Shown here piece after piece: positions 1 to 11,900 of a stretch of 44,234 nucleotides of DNA; position 1 is the first letter of the stretch, and every line of letters starts with the position of its first letter. This DNA comes from Stramenopiles sp. TOSAG23-2 (Eukaryota). The notes beneath the pieces were generated by a model. The model saw only the letters and a program-made list of their open reading frames with translations, did no database searches and had not been told where the DNA came from. The translations under genes and the position numbers were made by a program. The stretch lies in NCBI GenBank assembly GCA_900128395.1, contig LT649294.1:1-44234 (forward strand). Direction: 5' to 3'.

Positions 1-386
1 TAGTATACTAAATTAGTACTTAAATTAAACGTCGTTTTGAAATCCACTAATAATCTAAATCCTTCTCGTTTACACACAAGGAATGCCAGAATGCAGTTTG
101 GTGCTGTGTGCTGGAGTGGTGTGTGGTGCTGTATGCGTCCTATAGATTTACGATTTAACGATAGTTTTACGATATGATAGGCCTTGACCGGTATTGTGAG
201 TATACGCCTCGTAAGGTTTAAGTACAAATTAGTTTTCCTGTAGCCTGGAGCGCTCCTCGTAACTAAAACAAGGGCACAAGGATCCAACAACAAAAAAAAA
301 TATATTTCTTCTTCTAGAATATTATTTATTTTATAAATATAAATAAATTTAAATACTAGTCCAGCTAGTATCACTATAAGGTAGCT

Positions 387-1595
387 CTATCGTACGTATG
401 TATCTGGTACCATTCCACTTTTTCCATCTTTACGTTTTGCCATTATCCATCCTGGTCCGATAATTTCCAGTATTTCCAAACGGGTTCCTTTTTTAAACTC
501 TAATTCATCATCTTCTTCTGGTACAAAATCATGCGTTGCAGTAACAAATGAACCAACTTTTAACCCTTGTTCTTTATTTCCCTCACTAGGTTGTTTTTTT
601 GGTGGTGGGACGTTGTTATTATTATCATTTTTACTATTGTTGGAGGCTGATTTTTTTAAGAATGGGTTCGAGCTAGATGCTGATGATGTTGCCATAGACA
701 TTGCGCCAAATGCAGCCGCTGTTTTTGCAGTGTTCACAGCATTGTTTGCTTTATTCTTTGCATCTTGTGCTGCTTTGGATGCCTTATCTTTGCCAGCATT
801 AAATGCATTCGAAGCATTTTCCCTCATTTGTGCACTTTTACTTTTTGGTGCATTAATACTATATCCATTTGCTAATGCAGCAAAATATTCAGCAGCTAAT
901 TTATGTATAGCATGCAATTCATCTTGAAGATACGTACCACGTGTTTTCTCCAGTTGATCTAATTGACGCAATGCTTCCTCATGTTTTGCTGTGTAATTAT
1001 CACGTGCACGTTGCAATTTACCTTGCAATTTTTCCATATCTGCTTGTGTCTTCGCCGTGTTTTTTTCTGTATTTTTCGTTCTTGCTTTATCCAAACGTCG
1101 ATCATAAGATCCAACGTCTGTTTTTAAGTTATCTCTCTCCGTGACTGTCTTTTTGATAGATGCGAGTACAGCTAATTTCTCTTTAACCGATCCAGCACTT
1201 GCTTCAATCAAATCAATCAAGTTTTGTCCTTTGCTTGCATTTGCAAGTCCTAAGGTATCGAGACGATTTTTAGTAATTTGAAGCTCTTCCGACCCTTGTG
1301 CTGGTAATAATATTTCATCATCCGTTAAAGTTGTAATAGATGTTGATAATTTAGTAATAGCACTTTGCATATCCACTAAATGTTTACGTATTTTTGTGAC
1401 CGTCTGGTTGAATTCTTTGAACTTTTGCTTTTTGTCCATGAAATCTTGCTCCTCTGGTGTTACGCGCTCCTCATTTCCTCTTGTCACTAATCTTTGTACA
1501 CTTCTTCTTTTCGTGTTTTTCACAAACGATTTCATAGCACTCCATGATAAACGGCGTTGTCCAGGTTGTTGTTCATCTGATGCAAGCGATGCCAT
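387..1595 (-). CDS. BAR-domain + C-terminal SH3 protein (amphiphysin/endophilin-like)
   Basis: 402-aa ORF. The N-terminal helical coiled-coil region has a BAR-like pattern (EEQDFMDKKQKF...RDNLKTDVGSYDRRL...KLQRARDNY). A low-complexity linker is followed by a clear SH3 domain (ATHDFVPEEDDELEFKKG...GW...GKSGMVPDTYV). Confidence 0.85.
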   Translation of the reverse strand: MASLASDEQQPGQRRLSWSAMKSFVKNTKRRSVQRLVTRGNEERVTPEEQDFMDKKQKFKEFNQTVTKIRKHLVDMQSAITKLSTSITTLTDDEILLPAQGSEELQITKNRLDTLGLANASKGQNLIDLIEASAGSVKEKLAVLASIKKTVTERDNLKTDVGSYDRRLDKARTKNTEKNTAKTQADMEKLQGKLQRARDNYTAKHEEALRQLDQLEKTRGTYLQDELHAIHKLAAEYFAALANGYSINAPKSKSAQMRENASNAFNAGKDKASKAAQDAKNKANNAVNTAKTAAAFGAMSMATSSASSSNPFLKKSASNNSKNDNNNNVPPPKKQPSEGNKEQGLKVGSFVTATHDFVPEEDDELEFKKGTRLEILEIIGPGWIMAKRKDGKSGMVPDTYVR

Positions 1596-2283
1596 AATAA
1601 ATATCTTGTTCTACTTGTTTTTTTTATTACGAACTGTTTTTAATTCTTTGTCACTTCGATTCAATATAATCTTTGATTCAATATATAATCTATAGACGAC
1701 TATATTTTTAGTTTTGTTGTTTATGTTGTTTTGTAATAAAAATTATTATTGCTGCTATTACACAGTAATCCAAGCCTGGCAAGTCAATGGAGGAGGAGAG
1801 GGTTAAAAAAAAAGAAGAAGGTCTATACCGAATTTGCATATATCCGTCATTTGTGTTAGTGGCGGCAGTATCGACACAGCAGGTCTTACTTCAAAACAAA
1901 TTTCCGCTTTTGTCATTTCGATATTTTTTAATTTTACTTTATATTTCATTATTCACATCAGGTAATTTCACTTAAATATTAGCTATACTTTTGCATATTT
2001 ACCCTAATCCTAACCCTGCGTCACACTCAAACTTCGTGGGTATCTTTTTTTTTTTAAATATAGCGCTAATTTTACTACTCTTACTGGTATAGATTATTGC
2101 TCGATTGATATATTAAATTATAGTTATAGTTTTGTATCTATACAATTGTACGAAGTCAAAGCAATGAAGTCATTCGTCAGATAGAACCATATATATACAG
2201 AGAGAGGGAGAGAGAGAGATATTTATTGATCGCATTGAATAATAGATATTAAACCGCGTAGTAGAAAGGAGAAAAAAAATAAC

Positions 2284-4502
2284 ATGTCGAGTGATCAAAC
2301 CGGTGAACAAATCAAACAAAAGGCTTATGTATTTATATTGAGTATACCACACGTACCAAACCATTCCGCAGATGTGGATGTTAATTTAGGTTTACATGCG
2401 CATAAAGCAAGGTATAATCCAGTGTTGTCTCAAATTAAAAGTAAAACAAGCAACAGCAGTCCTAGCAGTGATAGCAGCAAACGTGCCACTGTTTTAAATG
2501 CGGTGAACGAAGGCCTAGCTCAAACAGAAGATACTGAAGGAGCAAGTCGAACGTTAGCAGAGGCTGTGCAAGATATTTTAGACCAAAATAAAAAATATAT
2601 CACAACGCCTATGTGGTTACCAAATTTACCACCTTCCGTGTTAAAAGGTATTGGAAACTTATCCAACCAAAGTAACGATGAAGTTAACGGTGAGAATGAT
2701 GATAGCAAGGAAACAGTAGAATCGAAAGACTCATTGTCTAATATTGACGAAAAATCTCAGAAGGAGGTACATGGAATGATTTTAATTTTTACTACACAAT
2801 ATGTTGAGTTAATTTTAAAACGCCTTAGCAAAATGGGATTAGGAAAAACGCCAAATGGATATGGAACTATTAGCATTTTTCCTACCAGTTTACATCGACA
2901 TGCAAAAGAAGGTGCGCCAAAAAGAAAAGATAGTCAAGGCAATGGTACTGCAAATTCCCCAACAGGTGTGACAACACGTAATATGAGTGAAGATGGTAAA
3001 AGTGGTGAGGAAGAGGAAGATGATAGCAATGCAGTGGATGAAAATTTTGTTAGAACATTTGTTGAGTCTATTAATTCACGTGTGATTGTAGAGGAAGTAA
3101 TTGAAAATGTTCATTCAGCAGCTAGTTTTACATTTGATTATTTATTGTTAGTATTAGTTGCATCCATGATAGCTGGTGTTGGCCTTGCAGTTGATAGTAC
3201 CGTTTCTGTTGTTGCTAGTATGCTTGTATCGCCTATCATGGGACCAATTCTTGCAATTACATTTGGAATGACAACAAATAAACCTGATTTAATTCGTGTC
3301 GGTATTCGATCTGAAATAATCAGTTTGTTGCTATGCATATTTATGGGATTCATCATTTCATTGGTATTTACTGCAATGGGTGGTCCGCGTATATACGAAT
3401 GGCCGACAGAGAACATGGCTGGTCGGGGTAAATCTTTAGCAATTTTAGAGAGCATTTTTATTGCTTTGCCTAGTGGGATTGGTGTAGCATTATCTGTGTT
3501 GGGAAACAATACAAGTAGTTTAGTTGGTGTTGCTATTTCTGCATCTTTGTTGCCACCAGCTGTGAACACTGGAATGTTGCTTGGATATGCATTGTTAGTA
3601 CATTTGGATCCATTATTGGAGACAAGTTTAGAATTGGGTATGATGGCAATGTGGAGTTTTTTATTAACGATGGTAAATATTTTTATCATTATAATAATGG
3701 CATTACTTTTCTTTTGGATCAAAGAAGTTGTTACTATTCCTGGCGAATCAATGCTGTGGTCAAATGATATACAAGTATATAAAAATACTGCTAATGTTTA
3801 CAAAAAGGGAGAGAAAGATGCGGAACAGATGGCAAAATTAGCAAAATTAATGGCAACAATGGGTGGGAAATCTGTGAAAAAACCAAGGAACTCGAACGCA
3901 AAGAAAAAGCCAACTCCAAAGAAAAGAAGGCAAAGTGCAATGGAAATTTTTGGCAATTTGAATCTTCCACCTACACCAGCGTCGGAAAAAGCAAATGCTG
4001 CATATAATGCGTTTACAGTTGCGCAAGCAAAAGGGCATAATCCACATCATGCGATGATTAATGCACACCAGCGTCGGAAAAAGCAAATGCTGCATATAAT
4101 GCGTTTACAGTTGCGCAAGCAAAAGGGCATAATCCACATCATGCGATGATTAATGCGCTAACAGTAGCCCATAGATCAGGAAATAAGAATTTAACGAAAA
4201 AACGTACTGCACAAGCTGGTTTATTTGCAAAAAATAGAAAAGGAGGCAGTATGTCTGAATCCAAGAATATGGCTCCAATGAAATCATTAGCGAATATACT
4301 AGATGCTCCACATGTTGAATTAGCTAACTTATTTGCTCCTCCGCCAAGTGAAGACGAAGTGGATGAAATCGAAGATATGGATCAGACGGAACGCGATGTT
4401 TTTAGTGGAAATGCCCATCAATCGACGAATAGTATCTTTGATCCAGTCACGCCATCTACACGCATCACTGATAAAACATCTGATTTTAATATAGACGATT
4501 AA
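2284..4502 (+). CDS. DUF389 (TIGR00341-like) multi-pass membrane protein; frame broken by a 92-bp tandem duplication
   Basis: DUF389-type motifs DYLLLVLVASMIAGVGL, VASMLVSPIMGPI and LVGVAISASLLPP. Removing one copy of 3973-4064/4065-4156 joins ORF 2284-4149 to ORF 4146-4502 in frame (HHAMINALTVAHRSG). Confidence 0.85.
3973..4156. repeat. Exact 92-bp tandem duplication
   Basis: acaccagcgtcggaaaaagc...gatgattaatgc occurs at 3973-4064 and 4065-4156. Confidence 0.95.
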
Positions 4503-4967
4503 ACGAACATATATATGCGCATATGTGATTATTATTACGAATATTAATGTGTTTCATATCATCGTTTTTGTTGATTACTGTTGGTTAAGGGGAGATATAA
4601 AATTTAAGAAGAAGAGAAAGTAGCTAGCTAGTAAGAAAGAGATATCCAATAGTAGTCTGTAGAAGTGTATACTATAATATTGATATATATATATATATAC
4701 ATTTGTAAATTAAAATTATAAACACTCACTATAGAGATTTTGACCGTAATATTACACCTTAAATTGGAATTTCACTATAGCTATAACAACAAACAAAATA
4801 ATCGTTATTTATACCAGGTATAATTTCTAAAAAAACTATAGATATATGTGCATATATATTATATATATAAACATGTGATCAAATATGAAAGGATGACACA
4901 TGAAAAATGCAAAACAAAAAACGTTTATATCTCCCTTTCAAAAAAAGCAAATCGTAAAAAATACGTT

Positions 4968-5857
4968 ATGGAAGAAGGAAAAACAACATCAAGTAAAACC
5001 ATGCCAAAAATGGAAATGGATGGATTGCCATCGGATATACAAGATAAATATACTATATTAAAATTAAATAAAGAAAATAAAATATTAAATGAAAAAAATG
5101 AAACATTAAAAATACAAATGAAACAAGCTAGAGAAACCATTATACAAAATATTATTGGTGATACACGTGCATCTGCTGATACAATGGCATTTCGTCATGT
5201 TGAATTATTTAAATTAATACAAGTTCTAATACGTCGTCCACAGCACGTATAGATAATGCTGGTGGGTTTAATTTAGATGATTCTGCAAACTTAAGCACAA
5301 TCTTTGCTTATGGCGATGGGGCAGATGGAAATTTAAATGGTGGTGGTGGCAATTATGCAGTAACTAATGATATAAATATTACCCAGAGCGCACCAGCTAC
5401 TACAAATAGGGATATAAACAAATCGTTTCGCGTATCACCACCGAAAAATAAGGAAAAAAAGAAAATATCAGCATCATGGTCACCTGAAAAAGTAAAAAAT
5501 ACAACATTTAAAGAGTTTAATGGCATCGCTACTTGGCGTTTACCGCCTAAAGTGTCTCCAAGAGAATTGCGAGGTATAGCAGCAAAACCACACGATTTAA
5601 ATGGTGTCTCGGGTCTTATACCACAGCAAGTCAAAGAACAAATTCGCCAATCAGGTATTGTACAAAAAAAATCAATGGATGGCGCGTTGCAACATTGTAA
5701 AACATTAGTAGGTCATACAAAAGGCTTACCTGGCGGAGAGAAATCATATGCAGTATTAGTTTTGCCTGGTAGCGATGCAGATAAAAAGCGTTTAAGATTG
5801 CAACGAAATCATAACAAATCTCCAGCAAGGAAACGAACAAATATGAAAGAGTTTTGA
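4968..5857 (+). CDS. Hypothetical coiled-coil protein with an apparent frameshift at about 5213-5250
   Basis: The ORF from ATG 4968 (MEEGKT...) stops at 5252. A second frame is open from 5213 (NTSSNTSSTARIDNAGG...) straight through ORF 5552-5857, with coding-like composition throughout. Confidence 0.55.
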
Positions 5858-6235
5858 ATATTGATATTTTTTGTTTGCACTATTAATAATATTATAATAA
5901 TCATATAAAATATAAAATGTACGCGTATTTTAATTTTTTATTTCCTACTCATGACAATTCCTTACTCTCAAAAGAATACTGTGACTGAGCCAAAATATTA
6001 GTTATATCTATCTCACACAAGATGTGTCAATAATTTCTGTAACAGAAATTACCCGATGAGGTAAATCAGATTGTTATCAACCTACTGTTGATGAAAAATT
6101 ATGAAGAGGGTGGGGAATAAATTGTACCCTGGTACAATTTAATTTAAATATATTTTTTATTTTTTGATCTATTTGATATCATACATCATAGTATATTATT
6201 AATTCTTTTTAAAAAGAGGGGTAAGAAAGGTTTTT

Positions 6236-8006
6236 TCAGCTTTCCGCTTCCTCAAATTTCAATGTATTTTCTGGTGGAACCCACTCATCATCATCTTCAT
6301 CCTCTGGAACGTTTGTATAATTACTTGTAAAATTTACTACACGAATAGTATTATTGCGAATAATATTCGTATAAGTTAATGGTGGAAACATGTCATCACC
6401 TTCATTACCAATTGGACCACGATGACCATCTTCATTGTCATATTCTGTTAAATTAGTTACACCGTCGATTGCAAATAATGCTTTCTCAACAACAGCAGCA
6501 TCATTTTTTTCCATTTCCATCTTCTCATCCTTATCTAATTTAGCAATGTTCATTTCAAGTTTACGTTTTTTATTAATATTAGGCATGTTTTTTAAATCAG
6601 GTGTTTGGTCCATTTTTCGTATATTTACATCTCGTGATTTATCTCCTTGTAAGCTACTAAACACCTTCTTTTTAGCATCTTTTTTCTCCAAATATTTTTT
6701 TAATTTTGCCTCTGCTTCTTTTTGCTCTTTGGGAACTTCGGGTATCATTTTTTTATATGGTCCACCTTTGGTATAAATAAAATATTCTTGATGGTCACAT
6801 GGTTTTAATCCCGGTGGACATTTTCGAGGCGGGGCATGAGGAGGTTCAACATTTTTTTCAACCACTTCATCACCATAGTCATCAATTTGTTCTTTATATG
6901 CTTTTGTATCTTGTTTTTCTCTTTCTTCTACCGTCTGTTTTATCTCATCTTCTGCGGCTTTCTTTTCTAATTCTTCTTCTTCTTTTTCTTCACTTTTTTC
7001 ATCTACTGCTTGCTCGTCTTTCACTTCTTTTTTCACGTCCTCTTTCTTTTTATTGTCGTCTTCCTCTTCGTCTTCCTCTTTATCTTTCTCCTTGTCTTTT
7101 TTATCCATTAATTTTTTATCTTCTGAAATAACTTTCGAAGGCTTTGACATTTTTGACCCTCTTGATGACATTCTACCTGCTCTAGCTTTTTTTTGAGCTT
7201 CTTCCTTCTTTTTACCTTCTTTTCCATTCTTCTTTTTTTTCGCCTCGTTCTTCGCTGCTGTATCGAAAATCTTTTTCATCTCATCACCCGCCTTTTTCGC
7301 TTTTAAAGCCGGTCCTAATGGGGCCATAATGCTTTTTTCGTTCTTTTTCAATTCCTCCTTATCTTTATTTCCATATGGCCCGGCACCACAAGGTTTAGGC
7401 GCTCCTGGGGTGCCATCACATGGAGCTAGCTGATCGCTTTTTTTCTTTTTAGACTCTTTAATTCCAGCCTCGCCGGTATTCGGTGGCTTTGCTCCTCCAC
7501 CTCCGCCCCCTCCACCACCACCACCTCCGCCTCCTCCGCCGCCGCCCCCAGGTGGTTTTGGTGGTCCAGGAAGCATACCTTTTTTACCCGGGCCTTCACT
7601 TGTTGGTCCGCCAGATAAACCTGGGCCATCTATTTTTGTCCCAAAAGCACCCATGCGATCCGGTCCTTTACTATAGGCCCATAACCTTTGAAGTGATTCT
7701 CTAAATCTATATCGTAAAAATGCTGCATTACACTCTGAGATTCTATTGTTACATATGATGACAAAGTATAAGAGACAAATTGTGAAGAAATTATAATAAA
7801 TATTTTTTCTGTTTTTTTTTTCGTCGTTGGAAAAATGTCATATTTATAAACCTTTGAAGTGATTCTCTAAATCTATATCGTAAAAATGCTGCATTACACT
7901 CTGAGATTCTATTGTTACATATGATGACAAAGTATAAGAGACAAATTGTGAAGAAATTATAATAAATATTTTTTCTGTTTTTTTTTCGTCGTTGGAAAAA
8001 TGTCAT
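6236..8006 (-). CDS. Putative secreted/anchored low-complexity protein (poly-Gly, K/E-rich); 5' end duplicated
   Basis: ORF 7791-8006 encodes a hydrophobic N-terminus (NFFTICLLYFVIICN). Collapsing the ~166-bp duplication gives ...RESLQRLWAYSKGPDRMGAFGTK, in frame with ORF 6236-7654. Confidence 0.7.
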
Positions 8007-8013
8007 ATTTATA
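7683..8013. repeat. ~166-bp tandem duplication, copies differing by one T in a homopolymer
   Basis: aacctttgaagtgattctc...tgtcatatttata at 7683-7848 (T10) and 7849-8013 (T9). Confidence 0.93.
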
Positions 8014-8916
8014 AAGTAGGGAAGACAAGGACGAATTTATATAAATCTGTAGAAACACAAAAACACTACAAAAACACTTTCAAGAATTAATACTCAAAAC
8101 TAAACCGCTTAAAAAAATATATACAATGCAGTTAAAAAAGGTAAAGTATTTTGCCTACGTTTACTTAAGTATTGTACTTTGATTGTTTTAAAATGCATAA
8201 TTTATGTTTTCTTTTCGTAACATTTATTAGTTTAGTTTAGTTATTATTACTATTATTGATTGTATTGTTATCAGACTATTTTATTAATAATAACGCTGAG
8301 GAGAGTGAAATAATAAATTATTCTACACTCTACACGACAATCGTCTCCCTCTTTTTGTTTTTGCCTAGCTCTAAGCAAATTAAAGTTTGGAAACCGAAAG
8401 ATATAGAGGTTTTTATTTTCTGCCTTTTTCCAATGCTATTTCTATGTCATTAGGTGTACAAGTTAATTGGGCTTTGCTCAGCTAGACTAATTAATAATAT
8501 TACTTGATTAAAATTATGATAGGACAACAGACTTTATAACTTTCTAAAGAAGATACAGTATTATTTGTCTGTTTAGTAATTTGCAGAAAAAAAAATGAAG
8601 TTAAAAGTAACAAAAAGATTATGATTGCAAAGTATTAATAGCTAAACACAGCATTATTAATAATATCAAAAAAAAAAAAAAGAATAGTGTGGACTACTGG
8701 TGCAATAATTATATTATAGACCATTATTATTATCATTATAATTATTATTATTTATTTGTTATGTTATATCCAAATATATATAAAGGTTTATATGAAAAGT
8801 AAATATCTTGCTAGTTGTGAATATTAATCTATATATACACGTTATCAGTCAAATAATAAATAACGTCAACGATTATATATACAAAACAAATAGACAGTAC
8901 TTATTGATTTTCAAAC

Positions 8917-11900
8917 ATGTCGTCGACATTTAAAATAAAAGGCCAAGGACGACGAAATACGGCAGATAGAATTGCGTTGTTAAAGTCACGGAAAAGAGCC
9001 AACTCTATGAATGCTACTTTCTTCCAGAAAGGTGTGCAAGTATGGATAGAAAATCCATATGAGGAAGGAACTGGTGCCTATCGTCATGGTTATTTAAGCA
9101 AAGAGAAAGCGACAAGACCAATGTACGTCCCAGCACGAGTCGCTGAAACTTTAGATCAATCTACAAACAAAATATTATGTGAAACAGAGTTAAGTCCAAA
9201 AATGAGAGTAGAACAACCTTTTGAAATGGTATGGCCAAGAAACGATATAACAGACTTGGATGACATGATCGATTATACACATCTACATGAACCTGCTGTT
9301 CTTCACAATATTGAACAGCGTTATTTAAGAAAACAGATTTATACAAAAGCAGGTGAAATTTTAATCGTAATGAATCCTTACAAACTTGTAATGGATGAAC
9401 ACCAAGTTGGAATTTATGACCAGCTATATATGAAAAAGTATCGCGAAAGTCCCCCACCATCAAAACTACGACTTTTAAGTGACAAAGAACGGAGGAGACT
9501 AAGCCTACCACCTCATATCTTTGAAACTGCAAATGATGTATATCAAACAATTATCCAACATAGTCAAAGTCAATCGATTATTATTAGTGGTGAAAGTGGG
9601 GCTGGTAAAACAGAAACGACAAAGCAAATTATGCAATACATTGCAAATTTAAGCTCCGTAAAATCAACTGGTAAAAATGTTCCTACAGATCTTGTATCTG
9701 CTAGAAGACGTTCCTTATCTTCAAGAGATAGTCTCAATGCCTACATTGGACAAAAAGATGAAAAAAACGTACCACTGATCGAGAAACAGTTGTTGCAGTC
9801 AAATCCGATTTTAGAAAGTTTTGGTAATGCAAAAACGTTACGTAATAATAATTCAAGTCGCTTTGGAAAGTATTTAAGAATTGTTTTCGGAGAGAAAGGT
9901 CATATTATTGGTGGAAGCATTAAACATTTTTTATTAGAAAAAAGTCGTTTAACAGATCAATTAGACGGTGAGCGATCATATCATTTCTTCTATCAATTAT
10001 GCTTAGGTGTGCCTGAGAACATGCAAAAAGAGTTATGGATTGATTCGCCAGACAAATTTAAGTTTTTATCAGACAGTAACAGCCATTTAATCAAACATGC
10101 ATATATGGGGGGAGCAAGCTCATCGGATGAAGCTGATTTCAAAGCTGTTGATGAAGCATTTAAAATTGTAGGTGTGGAGCAAGATATTGTCACTGAAATT
10201 TACAAAGTCGTATCAGCAGTACTACACCTTGGAAATATACGCTTTGTTGAAAAAGATGATTCTCATACAGCTACTGGAACGTCTATTTCCGGGGTTGAAT
10301 CTAGTTGCGAACGAAGTCTTCAAGCAATTTGCTCTTTGCTCGGCTTTCATAAAGAAGACTTTATGGAGTCTGTAACTACTAAATCAACTAATGCTGGTGG
10401 CAACACCATAATATCAAAAGTTAGCAAAGAAGCTGCGGAGCAATCTGTCATTTCCCTTGCAAAGGCGTTATATGCAAAATTGTTTGGTGTAATTGTACAG
10501 GCAATTAATGCTGGGATTAAAAAAACGGTTACAAAAGAGCTAGGCACAGCAGAAGACTTTGATACAAATCCAAAATATAAATTTTTAGGATTATTAGATA
10601 TATTTGGTTTTGAAGTATTTAAGGAAGGCAACGGATTTGAACAACTTTTAATCAATTATGCGAACGAGCGTTTGCATAATTTATTCATCAAACACGTCTT
10701 CCGCTTAGAGGAGAAAAAATATGAAGAAGAAAGGATTGATTATAGTGCCATTACATTTACTGATAACCAAAATGTAATAGATTTAATCAGTAAAAAACGT
10801 ACAGGAATCTTCCAACAAGTAAGTGATGCGTGTCTTTTTGGGCGTATGTCTGAGGAGGTAATGTTACAAAAAATGGCAGATAAAATGAAAAAAGCTAAAT
10901 CACGTGACGGTTCAAAACCTGCAGACTTATTTGCTTTAGCTCATATAAAACATAGAGGTTGTTTTATTGTAACACATAGTGCAAACGAGGTCATGTACAC
11001 CATCAAAGGGTTTAAAACTAAAAACAAAGACTTACTGCAACCACAAATAGAAGACATATTGATCAACGGAACCAAATTAAATATACTGCAAGCAATGTTC
11101 AAAACTCCAGAAGCATCCAGCACAGCTAACCGTAGTACGTTAGTCGGAGCAAATGTAATGCTTTCCTTGCGATTTGAAGAGAATATTAATAAATTGATAA
11201 AAACAATAGAACAAACCACGCCTAGATTTGTAAGATGCATCAAAAGTAATGAATTGAAAAAGCCATTTTATTTTGATACAACAAAGGTTTACAACCAATT
11301 GCAATATCTTGGTGTTTTAGACAGTGTGAGAATTAGACACGATGGCTACTCATACCAAAAAGTATATAGAGATTTTTTTGAGCACTTTGTGATAGTAATT
11401 TCAGCACCAAAAACACAGACGGAGTTTCAATTGATTCAACCTGCTGATGCTGATTATAGGAGTCTCAGTATGAAAGTAATGGCTTTATATTGGCGTTGGG
11501 GGGAACAAAGCGAAAAACACGGAGACCTGTTTGATAAAAAAACGAAAAAAGATAAAGTGCAATTTGGCACGACAAAATTGTTTATGAGAAAAGCGCTTTC
11601 GCAAGCATTAGAAACACTTCGTGAGGTAAGAATGCAAAAGATAGATGAGGCTAGTACAAAAATCCAAGCGACTTATCGTATGTATCAAACAAAAGCAAAT
11701 TTAGCTTTGTTTCACAGAAGTATAGGTCGCATTCAAGCAGCTTTTCGAGGAATACATTATAGAACAAAGTGGTGCAGTTATAGAAATGCGATAAATATAA
11801 TGCAATGGTTTTTTAAAGGATTTATAATTAAAAACCGGTATACAAAAAAAATGAGGGCGTTACGTAAACTTCAAAGATATTTTCGAAAATGTCACGGGCG

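Noticed and set aside
60-290. Possible RNA gene in the GC-richer stretch at the window start
   Set aside because: No tRNA cloverleaf or snRNA/rRNA signature recognisable by eye; would need an Infernal search.
2001-2018. Telomere-like accctaatcctaaccct
   Set aside because: Under three imperfect units and internal; not a telomeric array.
2284-4502. DUF389 pseudogene or two separate genes
   Set aside because: The break is fully explained by an exact 92-bp duplication, probably an assembly artefact.
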